A stretch of 64,000 nt of DNA from an uncultured Ruminococcus sp. (GTDB lineage: Bacteria > Bacillota > Clostridia > Oscillospirales > CAG-272): assembly GCA_964623635.1 (NCBI GenBank), contig CAZUUA010000003.1, positions 69,166 through 133,165 of the forward strand. Direction: 5' to 3'. Below the pieces are notes generated by a model, which saw only the letters and a program-made list of their open reading frames with translations, was not told where the DNA came from and searched no databases. The position numbers and the translations under genes were made by a program. This document shows positions 21,401 through 30,883 of this stretch, piece after piece; position 1 is the stretch's first letter; every line of letters starts with the position of its first letter.

Positions 21401-22931
21401 TCTGCGGAATGGGTTCACCGGGGTTGACCAGACGATTGAAGCGTTCCAGCACCTTACCACCCTTGATCCGCACGGCACCGATCTCGGTGATCTTACAGCT
21501 GACCGCAGACAGACCGGTGGTCTCGATATCAAACACGATCACTTCATCGGAAAAGCCTACGTCTTCCCCTTTGTAGGAGGCACGAAAGGTATCGTCCACA
21601 TAGTAGGCTTCTACGCCGTACAGGATCTTGATATCCTTGCCGTCTTTCTTCAGTCCGTCGGCAGTCAGCATAGCCACAGGAAAGGACTGCAGGTTGCCGT
21701 GGTCGGTGATGGCAATGGCTTTGTGTCCCCAGCGTGCGGCAGTTTTGACCACCTCGTCGGCTTTGGTGGTGGCGTCCATAGCGGACATACAGGTGTGCAG
21801 ATGCAGCTCCACCCGTTTTTCTTCCGATTTGTCCTGGCGCAGTACGGCCTTCACCTGCAAAATATCCGTATACTGCATGAACAGTTCGCCGTCGAAGGTA
21901 TCCTTTTTGATGCTGCCACGGACGGCGTATCGCTTGCCCTTGGACCACAGGCTCAGTGCTTCGTCCATTTGCTCGATGGGCACGGTGAGCTTCACGTAGA
22001 GGGACGCTTCTTTGTCGGTGAGCGCCACGGTGATCATGGTCTTGTCGCCTTTGCGGGTATCCTTGGTCTGGATATCAAACACTTCGCCCAAAATCACGCA
22101 GCTTTTGGCGGTGGCATGAATGGCACGGAGCGGCACCACTTCTTCCAGTGAGAAAAGTTCGCCAAATACCACCGATGGTTCGGACACGTCAAAGGTGCAC
22201 CGGCCGGAACGAACAACGCCGTCGCCGATCCATTCCACCTGGTCTTCGCCATTGAACAGAGAGAACACGCGGGGCAGCGCCGGTTTCTCCGCTTCTTCCG
22301 GTGCCGCATTGTTCCCTTCTTCGGCACGTTTGGCGGCTTCGGCTTCCAGACGCTCTGCTTCCTGCTGGATCAATACCGATTGAGACTGCAGCTGTGCCAA
22401 TTGTCCCTGCATATAGGCTTCGTATTGGGTCTGTGCATTTTCTGCTTCTGCAATTTCCACTTTGTAGGTAATGCCAAATTCACTGTAGATAATACCGGCG
22501 ATCACTTGGCTGGTTCGTGCCAGATCCAACAGAGACAGACCGCCGCGGGTAAAGGGGATCCGGAAGCGCAGGACATCGTCTTCCCGTTCCAGGGTATATC
22601 GATTGAAAAAGCCGTTTGCCACCACGCCTACACGGGCCGCTTCCGTCAGCACCTCCGGAATATAATCGGTGGAAAACAGTTCGATGGGATAATGCGGCAA
22701 GATACGCATTTGGGAAAGCTCATACGTGCGGGCAATATCGGTTTCCAGCTCATACAGGTCTTTTTTGCGATACAGCTTGGGTAGATTACAGTTGACCTCG
22801 GCGATCCGGCGTTCCTTATCCAGACGCACCTTCACCTCTGTGGCATTCTCGAAGATCTCTTTCGCCGTGCCCAAAGGAATATACCGTTTGAAGATCTCGC
22901 CCAGCTTGCGGTCAGCCATGGTTCTCACCAC
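18489..22931 (-). CDS. polC: DNA polymerase III alpha subunit, PolC type
   Basis: The protein is 1480 aa. It has a PHP domain (HLHTCMSAMDA...AITDHGNLQ), an inserted DEDD exonuclease (VFDIETTGL...HRACDDA), a Zn-finger CPKC...CPEC, and a Pol III core. Confidence 0.95.
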   Translation of the reverse strand: MVRTMADRKLGEIFKRYIPLGTAKEIFENATEVKVRLDKERRIAEVNCNLPKLYRKKDLYELETDIARTYELSQMRILPHYPIELFSTDYIPEVLTEAARVGVVANGFFNRYTLEREDDVLRFRIPFTRGGLSLLDLARTSQVIAGIIYSEFGITYKVEIAEAENAQTQYEAYMQGQLAQLQSQSVLIQQEAERLEAEAAKRAEEGNNAAPEEAEKPALPRVFSLFNGEDQVEWIGDGVVRSGRCTFDVSEPSVVFGELFSLEEVVPLRAIHATAKSCVILGEVFDIQTKDTRKGDKTMITVALTDKEASLYVKLTVPIEQMDEALSLWSKGKRYAVRGSIKKDTFDGELFMQYTDILQVKAVLRQDKSEEKRVELHLHTCMSAMDATTKADEVVKTAARWGHKAIAITDHGNLQSFPVAMLTADGLKKDGKDIKILYGVEAYYVDDTFRASYKGEDVGFSDEVIVFDIETTGLSAVSCKITEIGAVRIKGGKVLERFNRLVNPGEPIPQNIVELTGITDEMVANEPTIDVVLPEFFDFIGDKLLIAHNATFDTGFIRQAAEDLGLPFLNPYLDTLAMSRYMNPDLKNHKLDTLAKHYNLGDFNHHRACDDAEMLANIYFCMAEDLEQEGISNIGLLNYAMSEKADPLKLKTYHMIILVKNQAGMKNLYKLVSDGYLKYYRRNPRIPRSHLEELREGLIIGSACEAGELFAAIREGRSEADLLEMASFYDYLEIQPISNNSFMIEQGMVKDEEELRNLNRRVIELGRKAGKPVCATCDAHYLNPEDEIYRRIILSGMKFKDADKESYLYYRTTEEMLAEFDYLGEDLAREVVIENPNRIADSIDVVRPIPEGNYPPHIDGAEEELTTKCWDLAKELYGDPLPEVVSARLERELNSIISNGFAIMYIIARKLVENSESKGYQVGSRGSVGSSFAATMAGITRVNPLPPHYRCPKCKWSQFLEGGEVGSGFDLPEKNCPECGTPLERDGHDIPFETFLGFKGDKTPDIDLNFSGDVQGDAHRFTEVLFGTGKAFKAGTIGTLADKTAYGYILHYLEDKGISVNRAEIDRLVAGCVGVKRTTGQHPGGIIVVPAEYDITDFSPVQHPADDPNSDIITTHFEFKYLHDTILKLDILGHDIPTKYKRMEEYSGVPVLDVPLSDPAVYQSFTSTEPIGVTPEQIDSKTATLGLPEMGTRFIRGVLMDAQPKNFTDLLQISGLTHGTGCWLGNAQDLIANKVCTISDVIGCRDDIMMTLIHKYHMDKSLSFKIMEFVRKNKKGVIIPQEMQDAMLEHNVPQWYIDSLQKIRYMFPKAHAAAYVMDAIRLMWYKIYYPVAFYAGYFSAAPDGFDGEIVMGGKDHVKDTLTDMNKHRNELSQKDVDVADALMLVNEYYQRGYEFLPVDIQKSHAHKYLPENGKIRLPFSSLPGIGANAADSIMQARDRTEIYSIDQLQQEAKMSRSVLDILDRNGALKGLTKTNQLSMF

Positions 22932-24012
22932 TTTCCGTAAAGCGTGCCATATCGTCCTGCAGCAAGCGTACCAGTGTGGGGATCAGCTCGTTCTCCAGCA
23001 CCTTGCATACAGTCTTGCCCTTGCGAAACACAAGACCGCAGCCTTTGCCGCCGGCGATGCCGTAGTCCGCTTCTCTGGCCTCTCCGGGACCATTGACGAT
23101 GCAGCCCATGATGGCAACATTGAGATTTCTGCCATGGGTGTCCAAGCCTTCCAGTGCCTTTTTACAGGATGCCTGCAGTTCGATCAGGTCGATGGCGGTA
23201 CGGCCACAGGTAGGACAGGAAATGAAGTTGATGCCGCCTTTTTCCCAGCGACCGGCAGCTTTCAGGATCTCCTTTGCCGCCTTGATCTCCTCGGCTGGAT
23301 CAGCGGTCAGAGACACACGGATGGTGTCACCAATGCCTTCTGTCAGCAGTGCGCCGATGCCCATGGCATTTTTGACCAGTCCCGAATACCAGTCTCCGGC
23401 TTCGGTCACGCCCAAATGAATGGGATAGTCCGATGCACCTGCTACGATCCGGCAGGCTTCCAGCATATTTTGCACATTGGATGCTTTTATAGATAGAACG
23501 ATGTCAGAGAAGCCATATTTTTCCAGCATTTCTGCCTGGGTCAATGCAGATTCTGCCAATGCTTCCGGTGTGGGAGAACCATATTTTGCCAGAAGCTTTT
23601 TGTCCAGAGAACCGCTGTTGACACCGATCCGGATGGGGACACCGGCACTCCGGCAGGCTCTGGCCACCTCTTCCACCTTCCATGCTTCCCCGATGTTGCC
23701 GGGGTTGATACGGATCTTATCGGCGCCTTGCCGCAGGGATGCCAGTGCGATACGGTAGTCAAAATGGATATCCGCCACCAGTGGGGATGTGCTGCCATGG
23801 GTCTTGGCATAGGAAAAGATCACAGCGTCTTCCTCGGTGGGAACCGCCATACGCACGATGTCACAGCCTTCCTTTTCCAACGCTAAGATCTGGGCGGTGG
23901 TACCCTCTACGTCGGATGCCGGTCTGTTGGTCATGGATTGGATGGATACCGGTGCGCTACCGCCAATGGTCAAATGTCCTACCTGCACTGTCCGTGTCTG
24001 ATGTCGAACCAT
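22912..24012 (-). CDS. ispG: 4-hydroxy-3-methylbut-2-en-1-yl diphosphate synthase
   Basis: The sequence TRTVQVGHLTIGGSAPVSIQSMTN and the C-terminal Cys ligands SCPTCGR...GCIVNGPGE fit IspG. The 3' end overlaps the polC start by 20 nt. Confidence 0.9.
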   Translation of the reverse strand: MVRHQTRTVQVGHLTIGGSAPVSIQSMTNRPASDVEGTTAQILALEKEGCDIVRMAVPTEEDAVIFSYAKTHGSTSPLVADIHFDYRIALASLRQGADKIRINPGNIGEAWKVEEVARACRSAGVPIRIGVNSGSLDKKLLAKYGSPTPEALAESALTQAEMLEKYGFSDIVLSIKASNVQNMLEACRIVAGASDYPIHLGVTEAGDWYSGLVKNAMGIGALLTEGIGDTIRVSLTADPAEEIKAAKEILKAAGRWEKGGINFISCPTCGRTAIDLIELQASCKKALEGLDTHGRNLNVAIMGCIVNGPGEAREADYGIAGGKGCGLVFRKGKTVCKVLENELIPTLVRLLQDDMARFTESGENHG

Positions 24013-24127
24013 ACTACAACGAGCCTCTCTTTGTCGAAAAAATACATACGGGGATATTATAGCACAAATCGGCGAAAATTGCCATAGGTAAATCCGAATT
24101 TGCTTTGAAAAAATCTCCGTTGCAGAT

Positions 24128-24165
24128 GATAAAGAACCCGCAGACTGCTTACAATCTACGGGTTC
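24128..24165 (-). terminator. possible terminator after rseP
   Basis: Minus strand: GAACCCG-loop-CGGGTTC followed by a weak T tract (TTTATC). Confidence 0.4.
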
Positions 24166-24172
24166 AAATATG

Positions 24173-25255
24173 TCAGAATAAATTGATGATGTCCTTACAA
24201 GTGATCACGACGAACAGGATCATGAGCAGCACCATACCGGCAAAGTGGATCATACCTTCCACATTCCGGTTGATAGGCTTGCGACGTACCAGCTCGATCA
24301 GCTGAAACAGCAGCCGGCCGCCGTCCAATGCCGGGAACGGAAGCAGGTTCATGACGCCAAGGTTCATGCTGATGACCACGGCCATATAGATCAGATCCTC
24401 CACACCTTCCTTGGCTGCCTCGCCTAAAGTCTCCGTTACGCCCACCGGTCCGGACACCGACTCGATGCTATACCGGCCTGCCAGCATATCGTAAAGAGAT
24501 TCCCAGATCATTTTGATGGTGGAGGTGGCTCTGTAGAAGGAGTGCTTCAGGATGGTGGCGGCGTTGACGTCTTCGCCCAGCACATAGAAATCCACGTCAC
24601 CGAAGATGGTGCCGCTTTCGTAAAAGGTGGGAAACTGCACATTGGGAACCACAACGGTTTCGCCGTTTCGCACCACGGTGATGTCCAGCGGTTCCCAGCC
24701 ACGGCGCATGACCTCATACACCAGCTCGTTGGCGATGTGTACTTTGGCAGGACCCACTTTGACGATGGTATCACCCACCATCAGGCCGTAGGTCTCCGTG
24801 GATGGGGTTTCCGGCACAGCAGACTCCGTTTCGTTCTCCGTGACTACCACCGGTTCCTGGAACTTGGCGATGGTCGTGGAGGGCAGTCGATCCTGCGCCA
24901 TGACCAAAAAGCTCATGACCAGCACACCGATGCAGATATTCATAGTGGCACCGGCTACCGTGATGATGATCCGCTGCCACACAGGTTTCCGATGGAAGGC
25001 ATTGGGATCCTCGGATTCTTCATCCTCACCCACCATGCTGACGAAGCCACCGATGGGCAGTGCACGGAGCGAATAGGCGATGCCCGTCCTCTTCGACACT
25101 TTGGTGAACAGCTTGGGACCCATGCCAATGGCAAATTCCCGGATGGTCACATGGAACAGGCGTGCACACAAATAATGCCCCAGCTCATGGATAAAGATGA
25201 GAAACCCAAAAATCAACAGGGCTATAACGATGGTCCAAATGTTTATAGAGATCAC
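24173..25255 (-). CDS. rseP: site-2 (RIP) zinc metalloprotease, M50 family
   Basis: An HELGH motif lies in the first TM region, a PDZ-like middle domain is present, and the C-terminal motif is NLLPFPALDGG. Confidence 0.85.
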   Translation of the reverse strand: MISINIWTIVIALLIFGFLIFIHELGHYLCARLFHVTIREFAIGMGPKLFTKVSKRTGIAYSLRALPIGGFVSMVGEDEESEDPNAFHRKPVWQRIIITVAGATMNICIGVLVMSFLVMAQDRLPSTTIAKFQEPVVVTENETESAVPETPSTETYGLMVGDTIVKVGPAKVHIANELVYEVMRRGWEPLDITVVRNGETVVVPNVQFPTFYESGTIFGDVDFYVLGEDVNAATILKHSFYRATSTIKMIWESLYDMLAGRYSIESVSGPVGVTETLGEAAKEGVEDLIYMAVVISMNLGVMNLLPFPALDGGRLLFQLIELVRRKPINRNVEGMIHFAGMVLLMILFVVITCKDIINLF

Positions 25256-25258
25256 TTC

Positions 25259-26422
25259 CTATCTGTTGCGGAATTGCTGCAGGAGCGCAGCTGTCTTCCG
25301 TTTTGTACGGTCTACCGTATCGAGGACGTCCTCTATGGTCGTGTACGTGTTGCCGTCCCAGGCCGCCATGGTCTCCAGGACCACCTCGGCGATGGTGGAA
25401 AACGGGATCTGATCGGCTAAGAAGGCATCTACGGCCGCTTCGTCTGCAGCAATCAATGCTGCCGGGTAGCTACCATCGGCTCGTATCGCTTCTCTTGCGA
25501 CACGAAGCAGTGGAAATGCAGCTTCGTCCGGTGCGGCAAAGGTCAGGCTTGCCAAGGCTGCAAAGTCCAAGCCGGGTTTCTCTACCATATCACGTGCCGG
25601 ATGGGTAAAGGCATAGCGGATACAATACCGCATATCCGGCGGTGCCAGCTGTGCGATGACGGTATTGTCAGTATATTCCACCATAGAATGGATTATACTT
25701 TGCCGATGGATCAACACCTCCACCCGGTGCTCCGGCACATGGAACAGACGCACGGCCTCCATGATCTCGAAGCCCTTGTTCATGAGCGTTGCGCTGTCCA
25801 CCGTGATCTTCGGACCCATTTTCCACGTGGGATGGGCTAAGGTCTGGTCTTTTGTCACCCGATCGAGCTGCGCCTTTGTATATCCGAAAAAGGGACCGCC
25901 GGATGCTGTCAGCAGGATCCTCTTGAGAGAGGCACCCGGGCTGTCCTGCAGGCACTGGAAGATGGCGCTGTGCTCGCTGTCTACCGGGATCAGTTCCCCA
26001 CCGGATCGGCGGATGTGTTCCCACAGGGTATTGCCCAGCACGATCACCGATTCCTTATTGGCCATTGCCACTCGTTTTCCACTGTCGGCAGCGGCGATGG
26101 CTGTAGGGATACCGGCCAGTCCGGCGATGGCGTGAAGGATGCAGTCCGCATTGGTGGTACGGATGGCGTCCAGCAGCTCGTCTTGCGTCCATATGATCCT
26201 CGGGCAGCTCTGTCCCAGCCGTTCTCTCAGCAGCGCTGCGGCGGTTTGATCCTTGACGTACACGGTCTCCGGGTGAAAGGTCCGGATCTGCCGGGTCAGC
26301 GTATCCAGTTGATTCCAGGCCGTCAGCAGCGATACAGACAGTCCCATATCCTGCACCACATCCAATGCCTGTGTGCCCACAGAACCGGTGCTGCCCAGGA
26401 TGGCTACTTTTTTGATTTGCAT
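25259..26422 (-). CDS. dxr: 1-deoxy-D-xylulose 5-phosphate reductoisomerase
   Basis: The sequence KKVAILGSTGSVGTQALDV, ...PVDSEHSAIFQCL and the rest of the protein are Dxr-like. Confidence 0.9.
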   Translation of the reverse strand: MQIKKVAILGSTGSVGTQALDVVQDMGLSVSLLTAWNQLDTLTRQIRTFHPETVYVKDQTAAALLRERLGQSCPRIIWTQDELLDAIRTTNADCILHAIAGLAGIPTAIAAADSGKRVAMANKESVIVLGNTLWEHIRRSGGELIPVDSEHSAIFQCLQDSPGASLKRILLTASGGPFFGYTKAQLDRVTKDQTLAHPTWKMGPKITVDSATLMNKGFEIMEAVRLFHVPEHRVEVLIHRQSIIHSMVEYTDNTVIAQLAPPDMRYCIRYAFTHPARDMVEKPGLDFAALASLTFAAPDEAAFPLLRVAREAIRADGSYPAALIAADEAAVDAFLADQIPFSTIAEVVLETMAAWDGNTYTTIEDVLDTVDRTKRKTAALLQQFRNR

Positions 26423-26443
26423 TCTATCTATCCTTAAAACGAA

Positions 26444-27280
26444 TTATGAAAACAGGTTTCCAAAGAAATACAGCAGGATGTACAGCACCGGTGCGGTTGC
26501 CATGACGCTGTCGAAGCGATCCATGACGCCACCGTGACCGGGAAAGAGTTTGCCATAGTCCTTGATACCGTAATACCGTTTGACCACCGAAGCGATCAGG
26601 TCGCCGATCTGGGAGACCACCGAGATGATGGCACCAAAAACGGTCAGGAACAGGATCGTCTTTGCTGTGGGAGACACGATGCAGGCGTACACGGCATAGG
26701 CGATGGCTGTAAACACGATACCGCCGACGGAGCCTTCCACGGTCTTCTTGGGACTGACCTCCGGGATGAGCTTATGCTTGCCCAGCAGTCGGCCGGTGAA
26801 GTAGGCAAAGGTATCGCTGACCCAGGCACCGATAAAGGGCAGCAAATACAGGGACGTGCTATCGCCGCTTCTCCGCAGACACAAAATGCTGGTAAACGCC
26901 ATGGTCACGTACAGGGTCATCATGAGTAGCGCCGCTGCGTCGGGGAATTGGATCTTCCCTCGGCTGAACACCACCACCGCAAAGGTATACAGCATCAGCA
27001 CCACAAACAGCAGGCACACAGACTCGATTGCACGCGCATTGCCCAATGACCGGGGTAGGAACACACTGCCGGCTGCCAACAGGAAATGGGGAGTCCACAG
27101 GGCCAATGGGCCGATCTCATGGGATGCTTCTGCGGTACCACGGGTGCAGTGCCACAGCTCGTACACGGCGACCACATTCAGCACCGCCATGGCGATTTCA
27201 AATATGATGGTATCCGAAAATATACACACCGGTACAAAAATACACAGGGCTACGATGGCTGTAATGATTCTTGTTCGCAT
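26444..27280 (-). CDS. cdsA: phosphatidate cytidylyltransferase
   Basis: This is a polytopic protein with the C-terminal signature KRYYGIKDYGKLFPGHGGVMDRFDS. The ATG at 27280 has a GTGAGGTG RBS 8 nt after the uppS stop. The longer ORF-track start overlaps uppS and is rejected. Confidence 0.8.
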   Translation of the reverse strand: MRTRIITAIVALCIFVPVCIFSDTIIFEIAMAVLNVVAVYELWHCTRGTAEASHEIGPLALWTPHFLLAAGSVFLPRSLGNARAIESVCLLFVVLMLYTFAVVVFSRGKIQFPDAAALLMMTLYVTMAFTSILCLRRSGDSTSLYLLPFIGAWVSDTFAYFTGRLLGKHKLIPEVSPKKTVEGSVGGIVFTAIAYAVYACIVSPTAKTILFLTVFGAIISVVSQIGDLIASVVKRYYGIKDYGKLFPGHGGVMDRFDSVMATAPVLYILLYFFGNLFS

Positions 27281-27288
27281 AACACACC

Positions 27289-28002
27289 TCACGCTTTGTC
27301 CAGTCCGCCCCACCGGCGTTTTCGTCCGGCGAAGTTTCGCACCATTTCGTCCACATCTGCTTCCGTCAGCTCCGGCCACATTTTGTCGGAGAAATAATAT
27401 TCTGCATAGGCACTTTGCCACAAGAGGAAGTTGGAGATGCGCAGCTCCTTGCCGGTACGCACCACGAGATCGGGGTCGGGACAATGGGCGGTATACAGGT
27501 GGGCTGTGATATCGGCTTCGGTGATCTCGGATTTGCCTTCTGCCAGCAGCGACTGTACAGCGTGGGTGATCTCCGCTCTGCCGCCGTAATTGAGTGCGAT
27601 ATTGAGTACAAACGGTCGTCCAATGGTGTCCCGTTCGAGGGTTTCGAGGTGGTCACGCATGGCTGGCGAAAACGGTGTTTTGTCCCCGATGAAGTGGAAT
27701 TCGATCTCCTGTTCTGCATCGGCTTCTTTGGCAAAGACATCGAGTAGCCGCAAAATGGCATCGACCTCTGTCTTTGGACGATTCCAGTTTTCGGTGGAAA
27801 AGGCGTACACAGTACAGTACTGTATGCCAATTTTTCGGCAATACCGCATGATCTTTTTGAAATTGTCCGCTCCGGCTTTATGTCCGGCTTCTCGTGGGAG
27901 CAGTCGTGCGTTTGCCCATCTGCCGTTTCCATCCATAATGAAGGCGATGTGCCGAAGTCTCGACTGCTCCACCAGAGAAGCGACCTCGTTTGTTGGATTC
28001 AT
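27289..28002 (-). CDS. uppS: undecaprenyl (isoprenyl) diphosphate synthase
   Basis: HIAFIMDGNGRWA and FSTENWNRP motifs. Confidence 0.9.
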   Translation of the reverse strand: MNPTNEVASLVEQSRLRHIAFIMDGNGRWANARLLPREAGHKAGADNFKKIMRYCRKIGIQYCTVYAFSTENWNRPKTEVDAILRLLDVFAKEADAEQEIEFHFIGDKTPFSPAMRDHLETLERDTIGRPFVLNIALNYGGRAEITHAVQSLLAEGKSEITEADITAHLYTAHCPDPDLVVRTGKELRISNFLLWQSAYAEYYFSDKMWPELTEADVDEMVRNFAGRKRRWGGLDKA

Positions 28003-28085
28003 CTGTCACTCCCCTATCCCTTGACAAAAATTTTGGTGTATTCTCGTGAACAAAACGTTGTTCTTGTGATTATTTTATGAAAAAA

Positions 28086-28120
28086 GCCGCAACAAAAGCA
28101 AAGTCCCGGAAGAACCGGGC
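28086..28120 (-). terminator. possible terminator after frr
   Basis: Minus strand: CCCGG-TTCTT-CCGGG followed by ACTTTGCTTTTGTT. The stem is short. Confidence 0.35.
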
Positions 28121-28142
28121 GCAATGCATATTCGGTTGTGTG

Positions 28143-28697
28143 TCAGATCGCCATGATCTCCTTTTCCTTGGCAGCGGTCAGGGTGTCGATCTCCTTGATG
28201 TACTTGTCGGTCATATCCTGTACGATCTTATCGGAGGTCTTCTGTTCATCCTCGGTCATTTCGCCGTTCTTCTTCATTGTCTTGCTCTTATCGTTGGCGT
28301 CACGACGGATGTTCCGGATCGCAACCTTGGCATCCTCGCCCTTCTTCTGCAGACCCTTCTTGATCTCCTTACGTCTTTCCTCGGTGAGCTGCGGGAACAC
28401 CAGACGGATCACGGTGCCGTCGTTCTGGGGATTGATACCGATATCGGAGGTCATGATGGCCTTCTCGATGCTCTTCAGCGTGGTCTTGTCCCAAGGTGTG
28501 ATAGCCAGGGTCTTGGGGTCGGTCACCTTTACTTCTGCCATAGAGGTGATGGCTGTGGGAGAGCCGTAGTAATCTACAGTCAGATTGTTCAGTACAGCAG
28601 CGTTGGCACGACCGGCACGGATGCTCGCCAGCTCCTCCTGGTACACGCTGATGGACTTTTGCATCTTGCTTTCAAATTCCTTAGTATCCAGTTTCAT
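28143..28697 (-). CDS. frr: ribosome recycling factor
   Basis: The protein is 184 aa with ...SIRAGRANAAVLNNLTVDYYG...ITPWD, and it sits in the conserved pyrH-frr position. Confidence 0.9.
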   Translation of the reverse strand: MKLDTKEFESKMQKSISVYQEELASIRAGRANAAVLNNLTVDYYGSPTAITSMAEVKVTDPKTLAITPWDKTTLKSIEKAIMTSDIGINPQNDGTVIRLVFPQLTEERRKEIKKGLQKKGEDAKVAIRNIRRDANDKSKTMKKNGEMTEDEQKTSDKIVQDMTDKYIKEIDTLTAAKEKEIMAI

Positions 28698-28724
28698 GCT
28701 TGTTATCTCCTTTGTATGTGGTTT

Positions 28725-29504
28725 TTATTCGTAAATTTCTGGTTTTGCGATTTTTTGACAGGTCACCAGGGTGCCGATCTGCTCGCCGCACACGGTACGG
28801 ATGATGTTCTCCGGATCCTCCAGACTGAACACGTAGCTGTCGATCCCCTGCTCTTCGGCGATGGCAGAGGCAGCGGTGTCGGTGGCCTTCAGGTCATCCC
28901 GGAGGCAAATTTCGTAGGACAGGGTCTTATACTTGACAGCGTTGTCGGGATCCTTTGCCGGGTCACGGTCGTACACGCCGTCCACGCTCTTTGCCATGAG
29001 GATCATATCGGCCTGGATCTCGGCGGCACGAACCACGGCGGCGGTATCGGTGGAAACGAAAGGCACACCGGTTCCGGCGGCAAAGATCACGGGGCAGCCC
29101 TTCTCCATATATTCGATGGCAGCCTTATAATGGTAGATCTCGGCAAAGTTGGGCATGGCGACAGGAGACATGACTCTTGCGTTGAGCCCGGTCTTTTCCA
29201 GAGCGTCCTGGAACCGCAGGCAGTTGATGGTGGTGGCCAGCATACCCATGTGGTCGGCACGGGCACGGGTCACGCCTTCGCCCAGCTTGCCACGCCAAAT
29301 GTTGCCGGCGCCGATGACGATGCCCACCTGCACGCCCATATCGATACAGGTCTTCACGACAGCGGCGATCTCGTCCAACTTTGCGCTATCGAATATTTCT
29401 TTGATTTCTTCTTTGTTGGTTTCTGCGGAAATGGTCTTGAGAGCCAGTGCTTCTCCGGACAATTTCAGCAGGACACGTTTGTATACCGGTTTACGATTTT
29501 CCAT
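28725..29504 (-). CDS. pyrH: UMP kinase
   Basis: YKRVLLKLSGEAL and GAGNIWRG motifs. Confidence 0.9.
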   Translation of the reverse strand: MENRKPVYKRVLLKLSGEALALKTISAETNKEEIKEIFDSAKLDEIAAVVKTCIDMGVQVGIVIGAGNIWRGKLGEGVTRARADHMGMLATTINCLRFQDALEKTGLNARVMSPVAMPNFAEIYHYKAAIEYMEKGCPVIFAAGTGVPFVSTDTAAVVRAAEIQADMILMAKSVDGVYDRDPAKDPDNAVKYKTLSYEICLRDDLKATDTAASAIAEEQGIDSYVFSLEDPENIIRTVCGEQIGTLVTCQKIAKPEIYE

Positions 29505-29594
29505 GGCAGTATACCCCTTCCCAGTTGTTACATACTATTGTACCGTATAAATCGTGATTTGTAAAGGGTTTTTCAATAGATTTTCTGTAAATCC

Positions 29595-29631
29595 TCAAAA
29601 AATTCCCGCCACTTATCGCTAAATGACGGGA
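29595..29631 (-). terminator. terminator after the CBM9-like gene
   Basis: Minus strand: TCCCGTCA-loop-TGGCGGGA followed by ATTTTTTG. Confidence 0.55.
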
Positions 29632-29654
29632 AAAACCGTATTCGTTATGATCGT

Positions 29655-30572
29655 TTATCTCTTTTTGGTTTTTGTGAAGCCAAATGCGGCGATGGCCGAA
29701 CCGATGGCGCACAGGATACCGGCGTCAAAGGTCTTCGGAGCAGTGGCGACTTCGGCAGCTGCGTCAGCGGTTTCTGTCGTTTCGGCAGCTTCAACCGTCT
29801 CAACAACTTCAACCTTTTCCAGCAGTTCGAATGCACCCAGTGTAGCACGTTCGGTGGTCATAGACTTAGAAGCATCTGCATTCAGGCTATAGATCTTGTT
29901 TTCTCTCGTACCATCGTCGTTTGCATCGTCGTTGATCTGGAAGCCCAGACCGATGATGGAGCCGGCTTCGATGGGCTTGTCGGAGCTCTGCAGCTCTTCA
30001 CCCCATACGAAATAGCCTTCGAAAATGTAGCCAGCATCCGTACCACCATTGTGCAGGATGTAGGATCCGCCGTTATCTGCAATATAGACACCAAAGCCAC
30101 CATGTGCTTCAGATGCCAGACCATTGGTCGTCAGGTCCTTGTTCTCATGGATCTGATTGGTACGGAACACACGGAACTGTGCATCGCCAATATCCTCTGC
30201 TACCTTTGCCGGAATGGTTTCTGCATCCGGATCAAAGCCATAGAGAGATGTCATGATATCGATGGAGTCGGTATTGTGGTCGCCCACGGTAGCTGCTGTC
30301 TTCGTGCACGGGGTCTTGTCGTCGATCTCGATGTAGAAATACAGCTTTTCTTCGTCCCAAGTCATATAGACAGAGCCGTTTGCGTCACCCATTTCGGTGT
30401 TGAACGTGACTTCGGTCGATGCCATATAGCAATCGTCCAGCTCCAGGTCGATGGTCGGCGTACCATAAGCGATCTCATACACCTGATCGTGTTCATCGGC
30501 TGCGAGAACCGTCTGTGTCATGGCCGATGCGCAGAGCATAGCCACCAGCAGGAATGCGAACTTGTTCTTCAT
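29655..30572 (-). CDS. secreted CBM9-like (sugar-binding) domain protein with C-terminal hydrophobic anchor
   Basis: The signal peptide is MKNKFAFLLVAMLCASAMTQTVLA. The CBM9-type pattern is YGTPTIDLELDD...VYMTWDEEKLYFYIEIDD. The C-terminus is APKTFDAGILCAIGSAIAAFGFTKTKKR. The ATG at 30572 has a GAGG RBS. Confidence 0.55.
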   Translation of the reverse strand: MKNKFAFLLVAMLCASAMTQTVLAADEHDQVYEIAYGTPTIDLELDDCYMASTEVTFNTEMGDANGSVYMTWDEEKLYFYIEIDDKTPCTKTAATVGDHNTDSIDIMTSLYGFDPDAETIPAKVAEDIGDAQFRVFRTNQIHENKDLTTNGLASEAHGGFGVYIADNGGSYILHNGGTDAGYIFEGYFVWGEELQSSDKPIEAGSIIGLGFQINDDANDDGTRENKIYSLNADASKSMTTERATLGAFELLEKVEVVETVEAAETTETADAAAEVATAPKTFDAGILCAIGSAIAAFGFTKTKKR

Positions 30573-30704
30573 CTTATATACCTCGACTTTTTTAGATTTG
30601 AACTTCTCCACAGAAGTCCATGTTTGACAGTGTGGAATACAGTGGCTCCATATCGTTCTGCACTGCGTGATACAGGGTACAGATAATATGGTGCAAAAAG
30701 CTGA

Positions 30705-30733
30705 TATATAATAGAATATATAATAGAATATAT
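30705..30733. repeat. 12-nt tandem repeat (TATATAATAGAA x2 plus partial TATAT) in the AT-rich spacer upstream of the CBM9-like gene
   Basis: Direct reading of 30705-30733. Two exact units are followed by 5 nt of a third. Confidence 0.9.
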
Positions 30734-30784
30734 CTGTTCGAACTATTTTAAATTCAAAGGTGTATGTTTTTCATGAAAGTGCCT

Positions 30785-30819
30785 AACCGGGCAAGCTCAA
30801 TTTCGAAACTTGTCCGGTT
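30785..30819 (-). terminator. hairpin downstream of tsf (possible terminator, no clear U-tract)
   Basis: AACCGGGCAAG-13 nt-CTTGTCCGGTT, an 11-bp stem with one G-U pair. Confidence 0.35.
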
Positions 30820-30883
30820 TTAGCACCACATTTTGAAGAGGGTTTTTGAGAAAATCTCTGTTCTCGACTTTTATCAGTCCAAC

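Noticed and set aside
22912-22931. 20-nt out-of-frame overlaps at ispG/polC (22912-22931) and at the SpoIID-like/upstream gene junction (53918-53937).
   Set aside because: Overlaps like these are common in compact operons. The equal length of the two is most likely coincidence, and an alternative downstream start would remove either overlap.
30705-30733. The short tandem repeat, considered as a possible CRISPR or minisatellite.
   Set aside because: There are only 2.4 copies of a 12-nt AT-only unit with no spacers. It is most likely promoter-region slippage. No cas genes are present anywhere in the window.
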